Shown in pieces: positions 27,589 to 37,658 of a DNA stretch of 64,000 nt. Below the pieces are notes generated by a model that saw nothing but the letters and a program-made list of their open reading frames with translations, did not search any database and had not been told where the DNA came from. The translations under genes and the position numbers were made by a program. The number at the start of each line of letters is the position of its first letter. Positions within the stretch are counted from its first letter, which is position 1. This DNA comes from Candidatus Amesbacteria bacterium (GTDB lineage: Bacteria; Patescibacteriota; Microgenomatia; CAZETR01; Amesbacteraceae), in assembly GCA_963736875.1 (NCBI GenBank), contig CAVTQH010000002.1, positions 270,663-334,662 of the forward strand, in the 5' to 3' direction.

Positions 27589-28971
27589 CTAGAAGCCTCC
27601 GGGAGGTCCGCCCCCCTCTATTCTTATTGTTCCGCGGTTAAAGGTATTGGATCCTCCCCCGATTCCGCTGAATGGGGAAGTGGTGTCGGTGCCGGTTTGG
27701 CTGCTGCTTTGCGCTGTTATCACCGAGGTCACTACTTCATCACCTTCGCTTATTCCGGAAACAATCTCGGTCTGGGAATCATTTGCGCTTCCGACTTCCA
27801 CCTGCACGGTGGTGTATTTACCGTCTTTTTTCACCTGGATTGTTGATTCCCCGTCAGCTGTTGAAATCGCGGTGCTCGGAACCAACACCACGTCACTTTT
27901 GATGCTGGTAATAATTTCCGCGTTGACGGACATGTTCGGATAAATGTCCACTGTTACCGGATCCAGAAGGATTGTTACCGGATATGACGTTACCCCGGAG
28001 CTGACACTGCCGCCGGTGTTTACCGCCAGTATTTTACCGGTAAATGACATGTCAGGGAAAGCATCCAGCGTCAGGCTGACTTTCTGATTGGCTTTTACAC
28101 TGACAACATCAACCTCTGACAGATTAACCGTGGAGATCAGCTGCCCTTTGTTGCTGATCTTTCCGATGGTCTGGGCAGATACAATAGTGGCTCCGCTGGT
28201 ATTACTGGTGGCGGAACTGGCGTTGACCACCACTCCGGGAGCCAGCATCAAATCACTGATCACCCCGTCGGCCGGGGCAGTAATTGTTGATGAATTTTCC
28301 TGATAATTCCGCAGCGCCGCTGCTACCTGTGCATTGGCATTGGTAATATCCGCCCCGGCATTTAGATATCTGGCTTCAGATACCGTAAAAGCTTTTCGGG
28401 TCTGGTCCAGGGTTTTGGTAATGATCATCCGCTCGCCGTCGGTGTATACCTCATGCGTGGCCGGATTGGTGTCATCATCGTTCATATCATCAACTGCCTC
28501 CTGGGCATCCAATACTGCCTGCCGGTCATTCCACATCTGGATATCGGTAACGGCTTTGGCGTTCACTGCTTCTTTTACCGCAACCGTCGCATCCAGGTAT
28601 GCTACCCAGGCCGCTGTCTGTCTTTCCAGGGCGTAATCATCCAATTTTATTTCTGCGATTTTTTGGCCTTTTTTTACGGCATTCCCGTTTGTTACATATA
28701 CGCTGTCCACCACCCCGGATACTTTTGTGGTGACACTGGTGTTATTTCCCGAAGTAATTGACCCCGAACCGGAAATGGAAGTTATCAATGTTCCTTTTTC
28801 TGCCACCGCTGTCTGATATTGTACGGCTTCTGAATTCCTGTTAATTATTTTATATCCGGCCCAGCCACCGGCCAAAAGAAGTAACAATACCGGGAGAATC
28901 TTCACCTTCATCGGCCTTTTATTAAACCATTTTTTTAAGATTTTCATTGTATTTATTAATTTGAGTTTCAT
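27589..28971 (-). CDS. Efflux periplasmic adaptor (HlyD/MacA-like membrane fusion protein) with Gly-rich C-terminus
   Basis: N-terminal TM helix. Coiled-coil hairpin region. Beta-barrel/lipoyl-like segments. Confidence 0.65.
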   Translation of the reverse strand: MKLKLINTMKILKKWFNKRPMKVKILPVLLLLLAGGWAGYKIINRNSEAVQYQTAVAEKGTLITSISGSGSITSGNNTSVTTKVSGVVDSVYVTNGNAVKKGQKIAEIKLDDYALERQTAAWVAYLDATVAVKEAVNAKAVTDIQMWNDRQAVLDAQEAVDDMNDDDTNPATHEVYTDGERMIITKTLDQTRKAFTVSEARYLNAGADITNANAQVAAALRNYQENSSTITAPADGVISDLMLAPGVVVNASSATSNTSGATIVSAQTIGKISNKGQLISTVNLSEVDVVSVKANQKVSLTLDAFPDMSFTGKILAVNTGGSVSSGVTSYPVTILLDPVTVDIYPNMSVNAEIITSIKSDVVLVPSTAISTADGESTIQVKKDGKYTTVQVEVGSANDSQTEIVSGISEGDEVVTSVITAQSSSQTGTDTTSPFSGIGGGSNTFNRGTIRIEGGGPPGGF

Positions 28972-28989
28972 GCTGTATTAATAACTTAT

Positions 28990-30015
28990 TTATTTAAGCT
29001 GAAATTTTGCCAAAACAGGTAATTTAACTGTAAAAGTGGTACCTTTTTTGGCTTCACTTTCAACTGAAATTGATCCGCGGTGCATCTCAACAATCTGTTT
29101 GGCAATGGAAAGCCCCAGTCCGTACCCGCTGACTTTTTCTTTGGAGCGGGTACTGTCTGCCCGGTAAAACCGGTCAAAGATATGCGGCAAATCTTTCTTG
29201 TCTATTCCCGGACCTTTATCCCTGATCGAAATTAATATATTTCCGTCGGATCTTCCGGCACTTATAGTCACCTTGGCCTTTTCGGGACTGTACTTGATGG
29301 CATTATCCAATAAAATTACCACTAACTCTTCCAGGCTGTATCTGTTTCCTTCAATTTCGCCTTTAGTAATATCGCCGGCAATGACAATATCTTTTTTCCT
29401 GGCCAGGGGGGTGATTTTTTTTACAGCTTCGTTAACTGCTTCTGCCACATCGAGTTTTTCAAATTTTGTCTGATGATTGGATTTTTGATATTGTGCCAGT
29501 TGCAGCAGTGAATCAGATAATACCTGGAGTTTGTCCACTTCAACTATGGAACCGGCAATCAGATTCTTGGCATCTGATAAAGCCAGCTTCTTATCCCGCA
29601 GATGTACTTCCATGGAGCTTTTCAAAGCGGTCAGGGGAGTCCGCAGTTCATGCGAGGCGTCGGAGATAAAACGGTTTTGTTCGTCCACCATTTCCATAAT
29701 CGGTTTAAGTGTCCTTCCTGCCAGGAAATATCCGAAAACCCCGGAAATAACTAAAATTCCTGCGTTAACGACCACCAGCATCAATGCAATCCGCTGTTCC
29801 GTTTCTTTTACCAAATCCGTATCCCTGAAAGAAACCGGCGGCGGCGGTGCTCCCCTGTCTATAAATCTTCTTTCAATCCGGAAACGCTGAGCCATCTCAA
29901 ACCGCTGCACTTCCAGATGCAGCATATTGTAAATGACCAGGCTGAACGAGATACTGACCAGCATGATAATTAAAAGATACCAGGCAGTCAGTTTAAGACG
30001 GGCTGAATGGAACAT
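28990..30015 (-). CDS. Sensor histidine kinase (HisKA + HATPase_c)
   Basis: Two N-terminal TM helices. H-box 'SHELRTPL'. N, G1 and G2 boxes present ('DRFYRADS...GYGLGLSI'). Confidence 0.85.
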   Translation of the reverse strand: MFHSARLKLTAWYLLIIMLVSISFSLVIYNMLHLEVQRFEMAQRFRIERRFIDRGAPPPPVSFRDTDLVKETEQRIALMLVVVNAGILVISGVFGYFLAGRTLKPIMEMVDEQNRFISDASHELRTPLTALKSSMEVHLRDKKLALSDAKNLIAGSIVEVDKLQVLSDSLLQLAQYQKSNHQTKFEKLDVAEAVNEAVKKITPLARKKDIVIAGDITKGEIEGNRYSLEELVVILLDNAIKYSPEKAKVTISAGRSDGNILISIRDKGPGIDKKDLPHIFDRFYRADSTRSKEKVSGYGLGLSIAKQIVEMHRGSISVESEAKKGTTFTVKLPVLAKFQLK

Positions 30016-30035
30016 ATATTTTTATCCGAATTATT

Positions 30036-30710
30036 TTAGTCAGAGATTTTATATCCGAATCCTCTGACGGTTTGAATTAATGGTTTAACTTTTTTAAAAG
30101 GGAGATCGATTTTATTTCTGAGGTTTCTCATATTTACTTCCACCGTATTCGGCAAAACATCGGCTTCATAATCCCATACGTGATTGATAATTTGTTCTTT
30201 GGTCAGAATTTGTCCGGAATGCCGCATTAAATATTCCAAAAGCGAAAATTCCTTGCTCGAAAGCCTGATTGTCTGATTCTGACGCCTCACTTCAAAGGAT
30301 TTGGTGTCCAGATGCAAATCACCGACCGTTAACACCGTATTCAGTGTTTCTTTCGGGCGTCTGGTAAGCGCCCGGATTCTGGCCAGAAGTTCTTCGAAAG
30401 AAAAAGGTTTGGTCAGATAATCATCTGCTCCCGAGTCCAGACCCTCGATTTTATCCCGGATTTGTCCTTTGGCAGTCAGCATCAAAATCGGAGTATGAAT
30501 CTGTTTGGCCCGCAGCTCCCGGCAGACTTTTATTCCGTCCATCCCGGGAAGCAGCAGATCCAGAATTATCAGGTCATAGTCTTCGGAAGATGCCAGATCA
30601 AATCCGTCATTACCGTCAAAAGCCACGTCCACGGCGTATTTTTCCTGCTCCAATCCTTTTTTAATGGAGTTGGCTATCAAATGTTCGTCTTCCACCACCA
30701 GCAGTCTCAT
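30036..30710 (-). CDS. OmpR-family response regulator
   Basis: Receiver domain 'LVVEDE...DLLLPGMDG...LTAK'. Winged-helix C-terminus 'LTKEQII..VWDYE'. Confidence 0.9.
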   Translation of the reverse strand: MRLLVVEDEHLIANSIKKGLEQEKYAVDVAFDGNDGFDLASSEDYDLIILDLLLPGMDGIKVCRELRAKQIHTPILMLTAKGQIRDKIEGLDSGADDYLTKPFSFEELLARIRALTRRPKETLNTVLTVGDLHLDTKSFEVRRQNQTIRLSSKEFSLLEYLMRHSGQILTKEQIINHVWDYEADVLPNTVEVNMRNLRNKIDLPFKKVKPLIQTVRGFGYKISD

Positions 30711-30786
30711 GACACCAGATTATATCCTCAAAGCTGAAAATTAGCTGAAAAACTAATTATTTGGCCATTAGAGTAAAATTATCTTA

Positions 30787-31407
30787 ATGAATCTGAAAAT
30801 TTCCGGTTTGATTCTTTTGTCTTTTCTGGTGGGGATATTCCTTTATCCCTATTTGCCTTCATACATGGCTTCACACTGGGGCATTACCGGCCAAGTCGAT
30901 GGCTATATGACCAAATTCTGGGGTGTTTTTTTCATGCCTTTCTTATCCGTATTTTTGTTCGGACTGTTTCTAATCCTTCCCAAAATCGATCCTAAAAAAG
31001 CCAATATTGCCAAATTCCGCCCCCATTTTGACCGCTATATTTTGGTCATGATGCTGTTCCTTTTTTATCTTTACTTACTGACGCTTATCTGGAACCTGGG
31101 AGCCAGGTTTAATCTGATGCAATTTCTGTCTCCGGCATTTGCGGTTCTTTTTTATTTCACCGGTATTCTTGTAGAAAACGCCCAACCCAACTGGTTTATC
31201 GGTATCCGCACCCCCTGGACTTTATCCAGTCCCCGGGTGTGGCAGAAAACCCATACTCTGGGAGGCAAACTGTTCAGATACTGCGGGATAATCGCGCTTT
31301 TGGGTATATTTTTCCCCGAACTTCTGATTTTATGGATATTTGTCCCTGCGTTTGCTACGACTGTCTGGACTCTTATTTATTCCTATCTCGAATTTTCCCG
31401 CCGATAA
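30787..31407 (+). CDS. SdpI/YhfL-family (DUF1648) membrane protein
   Basis: 'PNWFIGIRTPWTLSSPRVWQKTH' is the SdpI family signature. Confidence 0.6.
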   Translation: MNLKISGLILLSFLVGIFLYPYLPSYMASHWGITGQVDGYMTKFWGVFFMPFLSVFLFGLFLILPKIDPKKANIAKFRPHFDRYILVMMLFLFYLYLLTLIWNLGARFNLMQFLSPAFAVLFYFTGILVENAQPNWFIGIRTPWTLSSPRVWQKTHTLGGKLFRYCGIIALLGIFFPELLILWIFVPAFATTVWTLIYSYLEFSRR

Positions 31408-32146
31408 TATATCCCGCGGTAGCTGCAAGTCCGATCGCCAGTATTCCATTCAAATACTTATTTCTGATGTGAGCTCTGTCAATATCATCCTGGTCTAACC
31501 TGGCGGGATTATTTCCTTTTGAAATCCTGATCCGGTCTGCAGTTGATATCACATTACCCAGAGTCAAGGCGGTATCGATCGGAGGCTGTAATGAGGGCGC
31601 GGCAGCAGCCACAACTTCCAGGATGGTTCTGGGAGCATGAGTTCCCAATACTCCCAGTCCTCTGCCGTTTTCCGGTACGGGTTTGCCTTTAATTTCTGCC
31701 AGTGTTTTTGCCCAGCTTGGCCCGGTTAAAGTTACCGCTTCCGCCAGTGCAGCCGTTTGTCCCCATTTAGTGTTTCGTTGCCCGGCGGTTTCCGCCCGCA
31801 GCAAAGCTCTGGCTATGGCTGAAATTCTGTCCGTTATCACATCTACCAGCTGGCCCCGGTTGGGATCATTACCCTGTTTTCTGGCCAGACTTCCGTCTAA
31901 AAGATCCGTTGATATCCCCAAAACCATCGCTGCCACCGGACCCAGTGGATTTTTAGCTTTCCGGTCCGGTTTGTTTTGTTCATGCGCCCAAACCGCTCCC
32001 GCAACAGTCAATATACCTCCGAATACAGTTAATCCATCTGCTTTTACCCCCAGCTTATCCAAAGCATCCACAGCCGGTCCCAGATTAATTTTTTTTCTCC
32101 ACCCGGAATCACGGGTCAAAGAACCTTCAGTTTTCTCAAAAGACAT
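31373..32146 (-). CDS. CDP-alcohol phosphatidyltransferase family protein
   Basis: 'DLLDGSLARKQGNDPNRGQLVDVITDRI' fits D-x2-DG-x2-AR-x8-G-x3-D-x3-D. Confidence 0.55.
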   Translation of the reverse strand: MSFEKTEGSLTRDSGWRKKINLGPAVDALDKLGVKADGLTVFGGILTVAGAVWAHEQNKPDRKAKNPLGPVAAMVLGISTDLLDGSLARKQGNDPNRGQLVDVITDRISAIARALLRAETAGQRNTKWGQTAALAEAVTLTGPSWAKTLAEIKGKPVPENGRGLGVLGTHAPRTILEVVAAAAPSLQPPIDTALTLGNVISTADRIRISKGNNPARLDQDDIDRAHIRNKYLNGILAIGLAATAGYIIGGKIRDRNK

Positions 32147-32160
32147 CCGGCCATTATACC

Positions 32161-32544
32161 CTAATGTTCATGTTCCTCAGCCGCCATGGCTTCTGCCTTG
32201 GTCTTATGCACCGTTTTATCGGGATGATTCGGAGGGGAATAAATGGTATATAGCTGTAAAGACTCTGTCTTGGAGGTGTTGATAATATTATGGTTTGTTC
32301 CGGCCGGGACAATTGCTGCCCACCCGTCTTTTACCGCTTGCTCCTCACCGTCCATAATTACTTTTCCCTCCCCGCTTTCAAACCTGAAAAACTGATCCAC
32401 ATTGGCATGGACCTCCATTCCGATTTCCTCTCCCGGTTTCAGACTCATTAATACCAGCTGACAATGTTTGCCGGTAAATATCACCTGGCGGAAAAACTTA
32501 TTTTCGGCTGTTTGATCTTCGATATTTCCTGTATAACCTTTCAC
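32161..32544 (-). CDS. Cupin domain protein
   Basis: Cupin motifs 'GMEVHANVDQFFRFESGEG' and 'AIVPAGTNHNIINTS'. Confidence 0.65.
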   Translation of the reverse strand: MKGYTGNIEDQTAENKFFRQVIFTGKHCQLVLMSLKPGEEIGMEVHANVDQFFRFESGEGKVIMDGEEQAVKDGWAAIVPAGTNHNIINTSKTESLQLYTIYSPPNHPDKTVHKTKAEAMAAEEHEH

Positions 32545-32576
32545 TTTTTTATTTCACCTCCTTCATTAATTATTTT

Positions 32577-33203
32577 TTAATACTGTATAACCAGTTCATT
32601 GGAGTATACTCCACAGGCTTCTTTCTCAAAGCTGCAAACCCGGAAGTAATAAATTTTACCTGCTGCCAGAGGGCTGATCTGATACTCACTGGCTACAGGA
32701 TTGCTTAGATAATAATGATAATCCCCTTCACGGGGAGGATATGTCGGACCGGGGTTGGCAGACCAAATTACTTCAAATCCCCGGGGGGAATAACCTTTCA
32801 CCTGCCAGCCAAGAAGCATTGTCCCGTCTCCTTTTTGACCGGTTAAAGTAATTGACCTGACAGTGTAACTTCCGCTCGGAGATCCGCTGCCGGTCGGTGT
32901 GGCGGGGATGTTGGTCGGGATTACTTCAACTGCCTTAACGGGTTCGGTTGTGGGTTTGGGTGTCGGCAGGGGAGACACCTGAGGGCTGATAATTTTCTTT
33001 TGCGGCTTTTCCATGGTTAATCCCAGATAACCGGCTCCGGACACAGTCATAATCAAAAGTCCCAGAGCGACAATTATTCCCCATCTTTTTCCGCCGCCGC
33101 CGCTGACCGGTTTGTTTTCAAATGCGGGTTTAAGAACACTGGTCTGGGGGTTTTCCGTTTGAGTTTCCGTACCTATTACGGGAGGCTGATTAACAGGTTC
33201 CAT
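32577..33203 (-). CDS. Hypothetical membrane-anchored protein with C-terminal Fn3-like beta-sandwich
   Basis: TM anchor. Pro/Thr linker. C-terminal 'YYFRVCSFEKEACGVYSNELVIQY'. Confidence 0.4.
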   Translation of the reverse strand: MEPVNQPPVIGTETQTENPQTSVLKPAFENKPVSGGGGKRWGIIVALGLLIMTVSGAGYLGLTMEKPQKKIISPQVSPLPTPKPTTEPVKAVEVIPTNIPATPTGSGSPSGSYTVRSITLTGQKGDGTMLLGWQVKGYSPRGFEVIWSANPGPTYPPREGDYHYYLSNPVASEYQISPLAAGKIYYFRVCSFEKEACGVYSNELVIQY

Positions 33204-33305
33204 AGTCTCAAAAACTATGTCTTACCGGTATGAAATTGTCAAGCTTTAAGGTTGCTTATTATCATCCGTTTCGAATATACTTGCGAAGTCTTTATCACAA
33301 AAAAT

Positions 33306-34539
33306 ATGAGTAAAATTAATTTTTACAGGCTTTTAAAAAGCGAACTGTCCCGGTTGGATACCCTGAAGGTGACCAAACGCCGCGAAAAAGTTATCACCGG
33401 TTTTACGAAAAGGTAAAGCCCTGATTGATAATCGCTCATTTCTGGTTTTCAACTCAAACGATTATTTAGGTTTTCGTTTTCGTCCGAAACTGCTGGACGC
33501 CGAGCATCGGGCGGCTGAAAAATACGGTACCGGGCCGGGGGCCGTGCGTTTTATTTCCGGGACATTAAAAATATATCAGGAGCTGGAGGAAGCTTTAGCA
33601 TCTTTTCATCAGCGTGAAGCGGCGATGTTATTCGGAAGCGCTTTTTCAGCCAATCTGGCGGCAATATCATGTTTGATTAAAGGTCAAAATAAAGATTCAT
33701 TGGTCAATTCAGACACCTTGGTAATTTCCGATGAATTAAACCACAGAAGTATTGTTGAAGGCATTCGGGTAGCCAATCTTCCTGATACCCAAAAAATAAT
33801 CTTCCCGCACTTTAATTTATCAAAGTTAGACGAAATATTATCTGAAAATGCGGGTAAATATTCACGGGTATTAATAATTACAGACGGAGTATTCAGCATG
33901 CTTGGTGAATTTCAAAATTTGAAAATAATGCGGGAGATTACTGATAAACATAATAATAAATATTCTCAGGGGGTTTTGCTTATAGTTGACGATTGCCATG
34001 GAATAGGAGTTTTGGGAAAAAGCGGCAGGGGAGTGGAAGAAACATCGGGGGTTAAAAGTGATGTTTTAGTGGGTACTTTGGGGAAAGCTTTCGGTGCTGA
34101 CGGCGGGTATGTGACAGGAGACCGGATATTAATTGATTACCTTCGGGAGTCAGCGGCAACATATATTTATTCCAATCCGGTTTCACCCGGAACGGCCGGA
34201 GCGGCTTTGGCGGCTGTTCGTCTGATCAGGTCCCCCGCCGGTAAAAAAATCATAGCTGGTCTTCAAAAAAACATTTATGAGTTTAAACGCCTTTTATCCG
34301 GTTCCGGAGTTATTTTTGCTGTCGATTCATCCCACGCCATTCAGCCCCTGCTCTTAGGCGATACCGCCAAAGCCAAAGCTCTGGAATCATATCTTTTCCG
34401 ACACGGAATATTAACCACCAGCATTACTTATCCGGTAGTCCCCAAAGGGCGTGACGAAATCCGGGTTCAGCTGTCAGCCGCCCATACCCGGGAAGATCTC
34501 AAATATTTTGCCAAGATCGTAAATAACTTCTACAATTAA
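33306..34539 (+). CDS. PLP-dependent alpha-oxoamine synthase (KBL/BioF/serine-palmitoyltransferase family), frameshift in an A-run at ~33408
   Basis: N-terminal 'MSKINFYRLLKSELSRLDTLKV...EKVITGF' is in one frame. The rest is in another frame: 'GKALIDNRSFLVFNSNDYLG...', PLP-Lys in 'GTLGKAFGADGGYV'. Together they match the 2-amino-3-ketobutyrate CoA ligase family. Confidence 0.7.
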
Positions 34540-34542
34540 TAT

Positions 34543-35508
34543 ATGCGTCACGGTTCAATTATATTTGTTCCCCTGGCATTTGCTTTGGTAATCACTCTGG
34601 CCGGATTGGGTTACTTTTTCAGCACCAAAAGCAATTCTTCTTATACCGACCAGCTGCCCGTGTTTTCCGCTCCGACTCTGATCCCGACACCCACTTCCAC
34701 CCCCACACCGACCCCCACCCCCACACCAATCCCCACTCCCACAGCCGTTCCTTCACCCAAACCTACTGTCAAACCGACCTTGCCCCCGATCTCCGGACCG
34801 CCGGGAACAGGTTTGACCAGAGCCACGGTGGCCACTCCCAAAGGCAATTTCCTAGCCACAGTCATGACTTTTGACATGAGTTCCACCCGGATGATTACCG
34901 ATACGGGAAATGATAACAACTGTGCTACGGGTTGCGTGACTATGCCTCTGGCAAATTATATCGCCCGCTCCGGGGGATTTGCTGGTGTTAACGGGACATA
35001 TTTCTGTCCGGCTACTTATCCGGACTGTGCTTCAAAAACCGACAGTTTTGATTTTCCCGTCTACAATTCCCGGCTGAATAAATGGATCAACGGCGATAAG
35101 TTGGGATGGGCGGAGCGCAGGGCAATTTTTTATACCGACGGTTCCGGAGCTCACTTCCAAAATAACTCGGCCGGTTTCGGCGGGGGATTAAACGCCGGTA
35201 TCATTAATTACCCCGGTTTGGTTGACGGGGGAAATATTCAAATTGACGACAATCAGTCCGGTTTGTCGGAAAAACAGCGGGCCAAAGGCACCAAGGTGGG
35301 GATTGGTCTTAGAAACTCCAGCACCGTTATGGTGGTGATTGCCTCAAACGTTAATATGCTTGAATTTGCCCATGTTTTTAAAAGCTTAGGGGCAACCGGC
35401 GCACTCAATCTGGATACTGGCGGATCCACCGCGGCTGTATATAATGGGGGATATATTTACGGCCCGGGCAGGGCTTTACCCAATGCGGTGGTCTTTGCCA
35501 GGAAATAA
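34543..35508 (+). CDS. Phosphodiester glycosidase family protein (DUF2233/NAGPA-like), secreted with TP-rich linker
   Basis: C-terminal 'LGATGALNLDTGGSTAAVYNGGYIYGPGRALPNAVVF' matches PF09992. Confidence 0.6.
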   Translation: MRHGSIIFVPLAFALVITLAGLGYFFSTKSNSSYTDQLPVFSAPTLIPTPTSTPTPTPTPTPIPTPTAVPSPKPTVKPTLPPISGPPGTGLTRATVATPKGNFLATVMTFDMSSTRMITDTGNDNNCATGCVTMPLANYIARSGGFAGVNGTYFCPATYPDCASKTDSFDFPVYNSRLNKWINGDKLGWAERRAIFYTDGSGAHFQNNSAGFGGGLNAGIINYPGLVDGGNIQIDDNQSGLSEKQRAKGTKVGIGLRNSSTVMVVIASNVNMLEFAHVFKSLGATGALNLDTGGSTAAVYNGGYIYGPGRALPNAVVFARK

Positions 35509-35513
35509 TTATT

Positions 35514-35915
35514 ATGACCGGTCCCAATTTGATTTCCGAAAAAGTCGATCTGACGGCTCTGATTAATTCCCACATAGATCTGATTGACCGTCTGAAAAAA
35601 GAACGGAGCCAGCTTAAAGAGATGTTGGATGATTTTTTCCGAAATGACTCCACCTTCCAGACCCATGACGCCGCGGCCAAAGAAGCTTCAAAGATCCGGA
35701 CCCAGACAAAAAAACAGATATTAAAACAGCCTCAGGCTGCGGATCTGGCCGGCCGCATCCAGTCTCTGGCCTCGCAGATCAAAGAGCACAACGGGGAATT
35801 GTCGGGGTATCTCCAGGATTACAGTAGGACTTCCGGAACCAATTCGTTCGAAACTCCGGACGGCGAAGTTCGCCAGATAATCTACGTGGCCAGGCTGACA
35901 AAAATCGGCAAATAG
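35514..35915 (+). CDS. Hypothetical coiled-coil protein upstream of pilB
   Basis: 133-aa ORF with 1-nt spacing context. No motif recognised. Confidence 0.4.
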   Translation: MTGPNLISEKVDLTALINSHIDLIDRLKKERSQLKEMLDDFFRNDSTFQTHDAAAKEASKIRTQTKKQILKQPQAADLAGRIQSLASQIKEHNGELSGYLQDYSRTSGTNSFETPDGEVRQIIYVARLTKIGK

Positions 35916-35961
35916 GTTACGGGTTGTGAGTTGTAAGTTGTGAGTAGTATTATATTAATGT

Positions 35962-37647
35962 ATGTCCCTGCCCGACGAACATCTTAAGACTCTGGTACTT
36001 AATGCCAAACTGGTGGACGAAACCAAACTCGCGGAAATCGAACGCTTTGCCGTAAATACCGAACTGACGCTGGACCGGGCACTTATTCAGAAAGGTGTGG
36101 TAACCGAAGAAAAAATGGCTTCGACTGTCGCCGAGTTCTATAAAGTCCCTGCGATTAATTTGACCAAAATGACAATCCCGCCGGAAGTATACAATCTCAT
36201 TCCCGAGCGGTTTGCCAGAAAACATAAAATCATCCCTTTCGAGCGTAACCCCGAAGGTATAAAAGTGGCCATGGCCAGTCCGGACCGCACCGATTTGCTG
36301 ACTTCCGTTGCCAAGAAGACCGGTTCCAAAATCTTTGTTTATTATGCCTCCTCTTCGGATATTACCGGCGCCCTGAGATCCTACGAAAAGGATTTGCAGA
36401 AAACCGTGGAGGATCTTTTAAAGGAAGACATCTGGAGCAAGACCAGCGTCACGGAAGACCCCCCGGTAGCCAAAATTGTCGACCTGTTAATTGATACCGC
36501 GTATCAGGAACGGGCTTCTGATATTCATATTGAGCCTCAGGAAAATTCCACTCTCACCCGTTTTAGAATTGACGGCATGCTGGTTGATGTCATGAGCGCC
36601 CCCAAATATCTGCATGACAGGATTATGACCAGATTAAAAGTTTTATCCAGTTTGCGGACTGACGAACATTTGACTGCCCAGGACGGTAAAATGCGCATGG
36701 ATCTGGAGGAAGAAAATCTGGACATCCGGGTTTCGATAATTCCCGTTGTTCAGGGCGAAAAGGCGGTTTTGAGGCTACTGTCTTCCCGCTCCCGCCAATA
36801 CAATTTTCAAACCCTGGGCATGAATGAGACCGACCTGAAAAAAGTTGAAGCTTCATACAGCAAATCTTTCGGTATGTTGCTGTCCACGGGTCCGACCGGC
36901 AGCGGCAAGACAACTTCCATTTATTCCATTTTGAAAATTCTTAATACCCGGGACAGGAATATCACTACCGTTGAAGATCCGGTGGAATACCGGATCAAAG
37001 GAGCCAATCAGATTCAGGTTAATGTCAAGACCGGTCTGACTTTTGCCAATGGATTACGTTCCATCTTAAGGCAGGATCCCAATATTATTTTCGTCGGGGA
37101 AATCCGTGACAGTGAAACGGCCGGAATTGCGGTAAATGCCGCGTTGACGGGTCATTTGGTTTTGTCCACCCTGCACACCAATGATGCCGCGACTGCCATC
37201 CCCCGGCTGTCGGATATGGGTGTGGAACCTTTTCTGGTTGCTTCCACGGTTAATATTATTATTGCCCAGCGTCTGGTGCGTCAGGTTTGCAGCCAGTGCA
37301 AAGCGGAAACCCAGCTTACTCATGCCGAACTGGCCAAAAATTTCCCTGCCGATATTATCAAAAAAGTTTTCGGCAATTCCAAAGATCCCCAGGTGTCCAC
37401 GGGTCAGGGTTGCCGGATTTGCAGAAATACCGGTTACCTGGGCCGGGTGGGTCTGTTTGAAGTCTTGGAAATCACCCCTGAAATCCGGAGACTGATTATC
37501 GAAAAAAGCGACTCCGATATTATCGCCAAAAAAGCCATGGAAGAGGGCATGACCAGTATGATGGAAGACGGTCTGATCAAGGTCAAAAACGGTACCACCA
37601 CTATCGAGGAAGTCCTGCGTGTTGCCAAATCGGAGTTTATTTCCTGA
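35962..37647 (+). CDS. pilB: Type IV pilus assembly ATPase PilB (GspE family)
   Basis: N-terminal T2SSE_N domain. Walker A 'GPTGSGKTT'. Asp and His boxes. Tetracysteine 'CSQCK...CRIC'. Confidence 0.9.
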   Translation: MSLPDEHLKTLVLNAKLVDETKLAEIERFAVNTELTLDRALIQKGVVTEEKMASTVAEFYKVPAINLTKMTIPPEVYNLIPERFARKHKIIPFERNPEGIKVAMASPDRTDLLTSVAKKTGSKIFVYYASSSDITGALRSYEKDLQKTVEDLLKEDIWSKTSVTEDPPVAKIVDLLIDTAYQERASDIHIEPQENSTLTRFRIDGMLVDVMSAPKYLHDRIMTRLKVLSSLRTDEHLTAQDGKMRMDLEEENLDIRVSIIPVVQGEKAVLRLLSSRSRQYNFQTLGMNETDLKKVEASYSKSFGMLLSTGPTGSGKTTSIYSILKILNTRDRNITTVEDPVEYRIKGANQIQVNVKTGLTFANGLRSILRQDPNIIFVGEIRDSETAGIAVNAALTGHLVLSTLHTNDAATAIPRLSDMGVEPFLVASTVNIIIAQRLVRQVCSQCKAETQLTHAELAKNFPADIIKKVFGNSKDPQVSTGQGCRICRNTGYLGRVGLFEVLEITPEIRRLIIEKSDSDIIAKKAMEEGMTSMMEDGLIKVKNGTTTIEEVLRVAKSEFIS

Positions 37648-37658
37648 AATAGATTTTT

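Noticed and set aside
27647-28761. Several plus-strand ORFs (27647-27943, 28088-28303, 28334-28636, 28453-28761)
   Set aside because: Antisense to the HlyD-like adaptor gene. Ser/Thr/Ala-rich low complexity.
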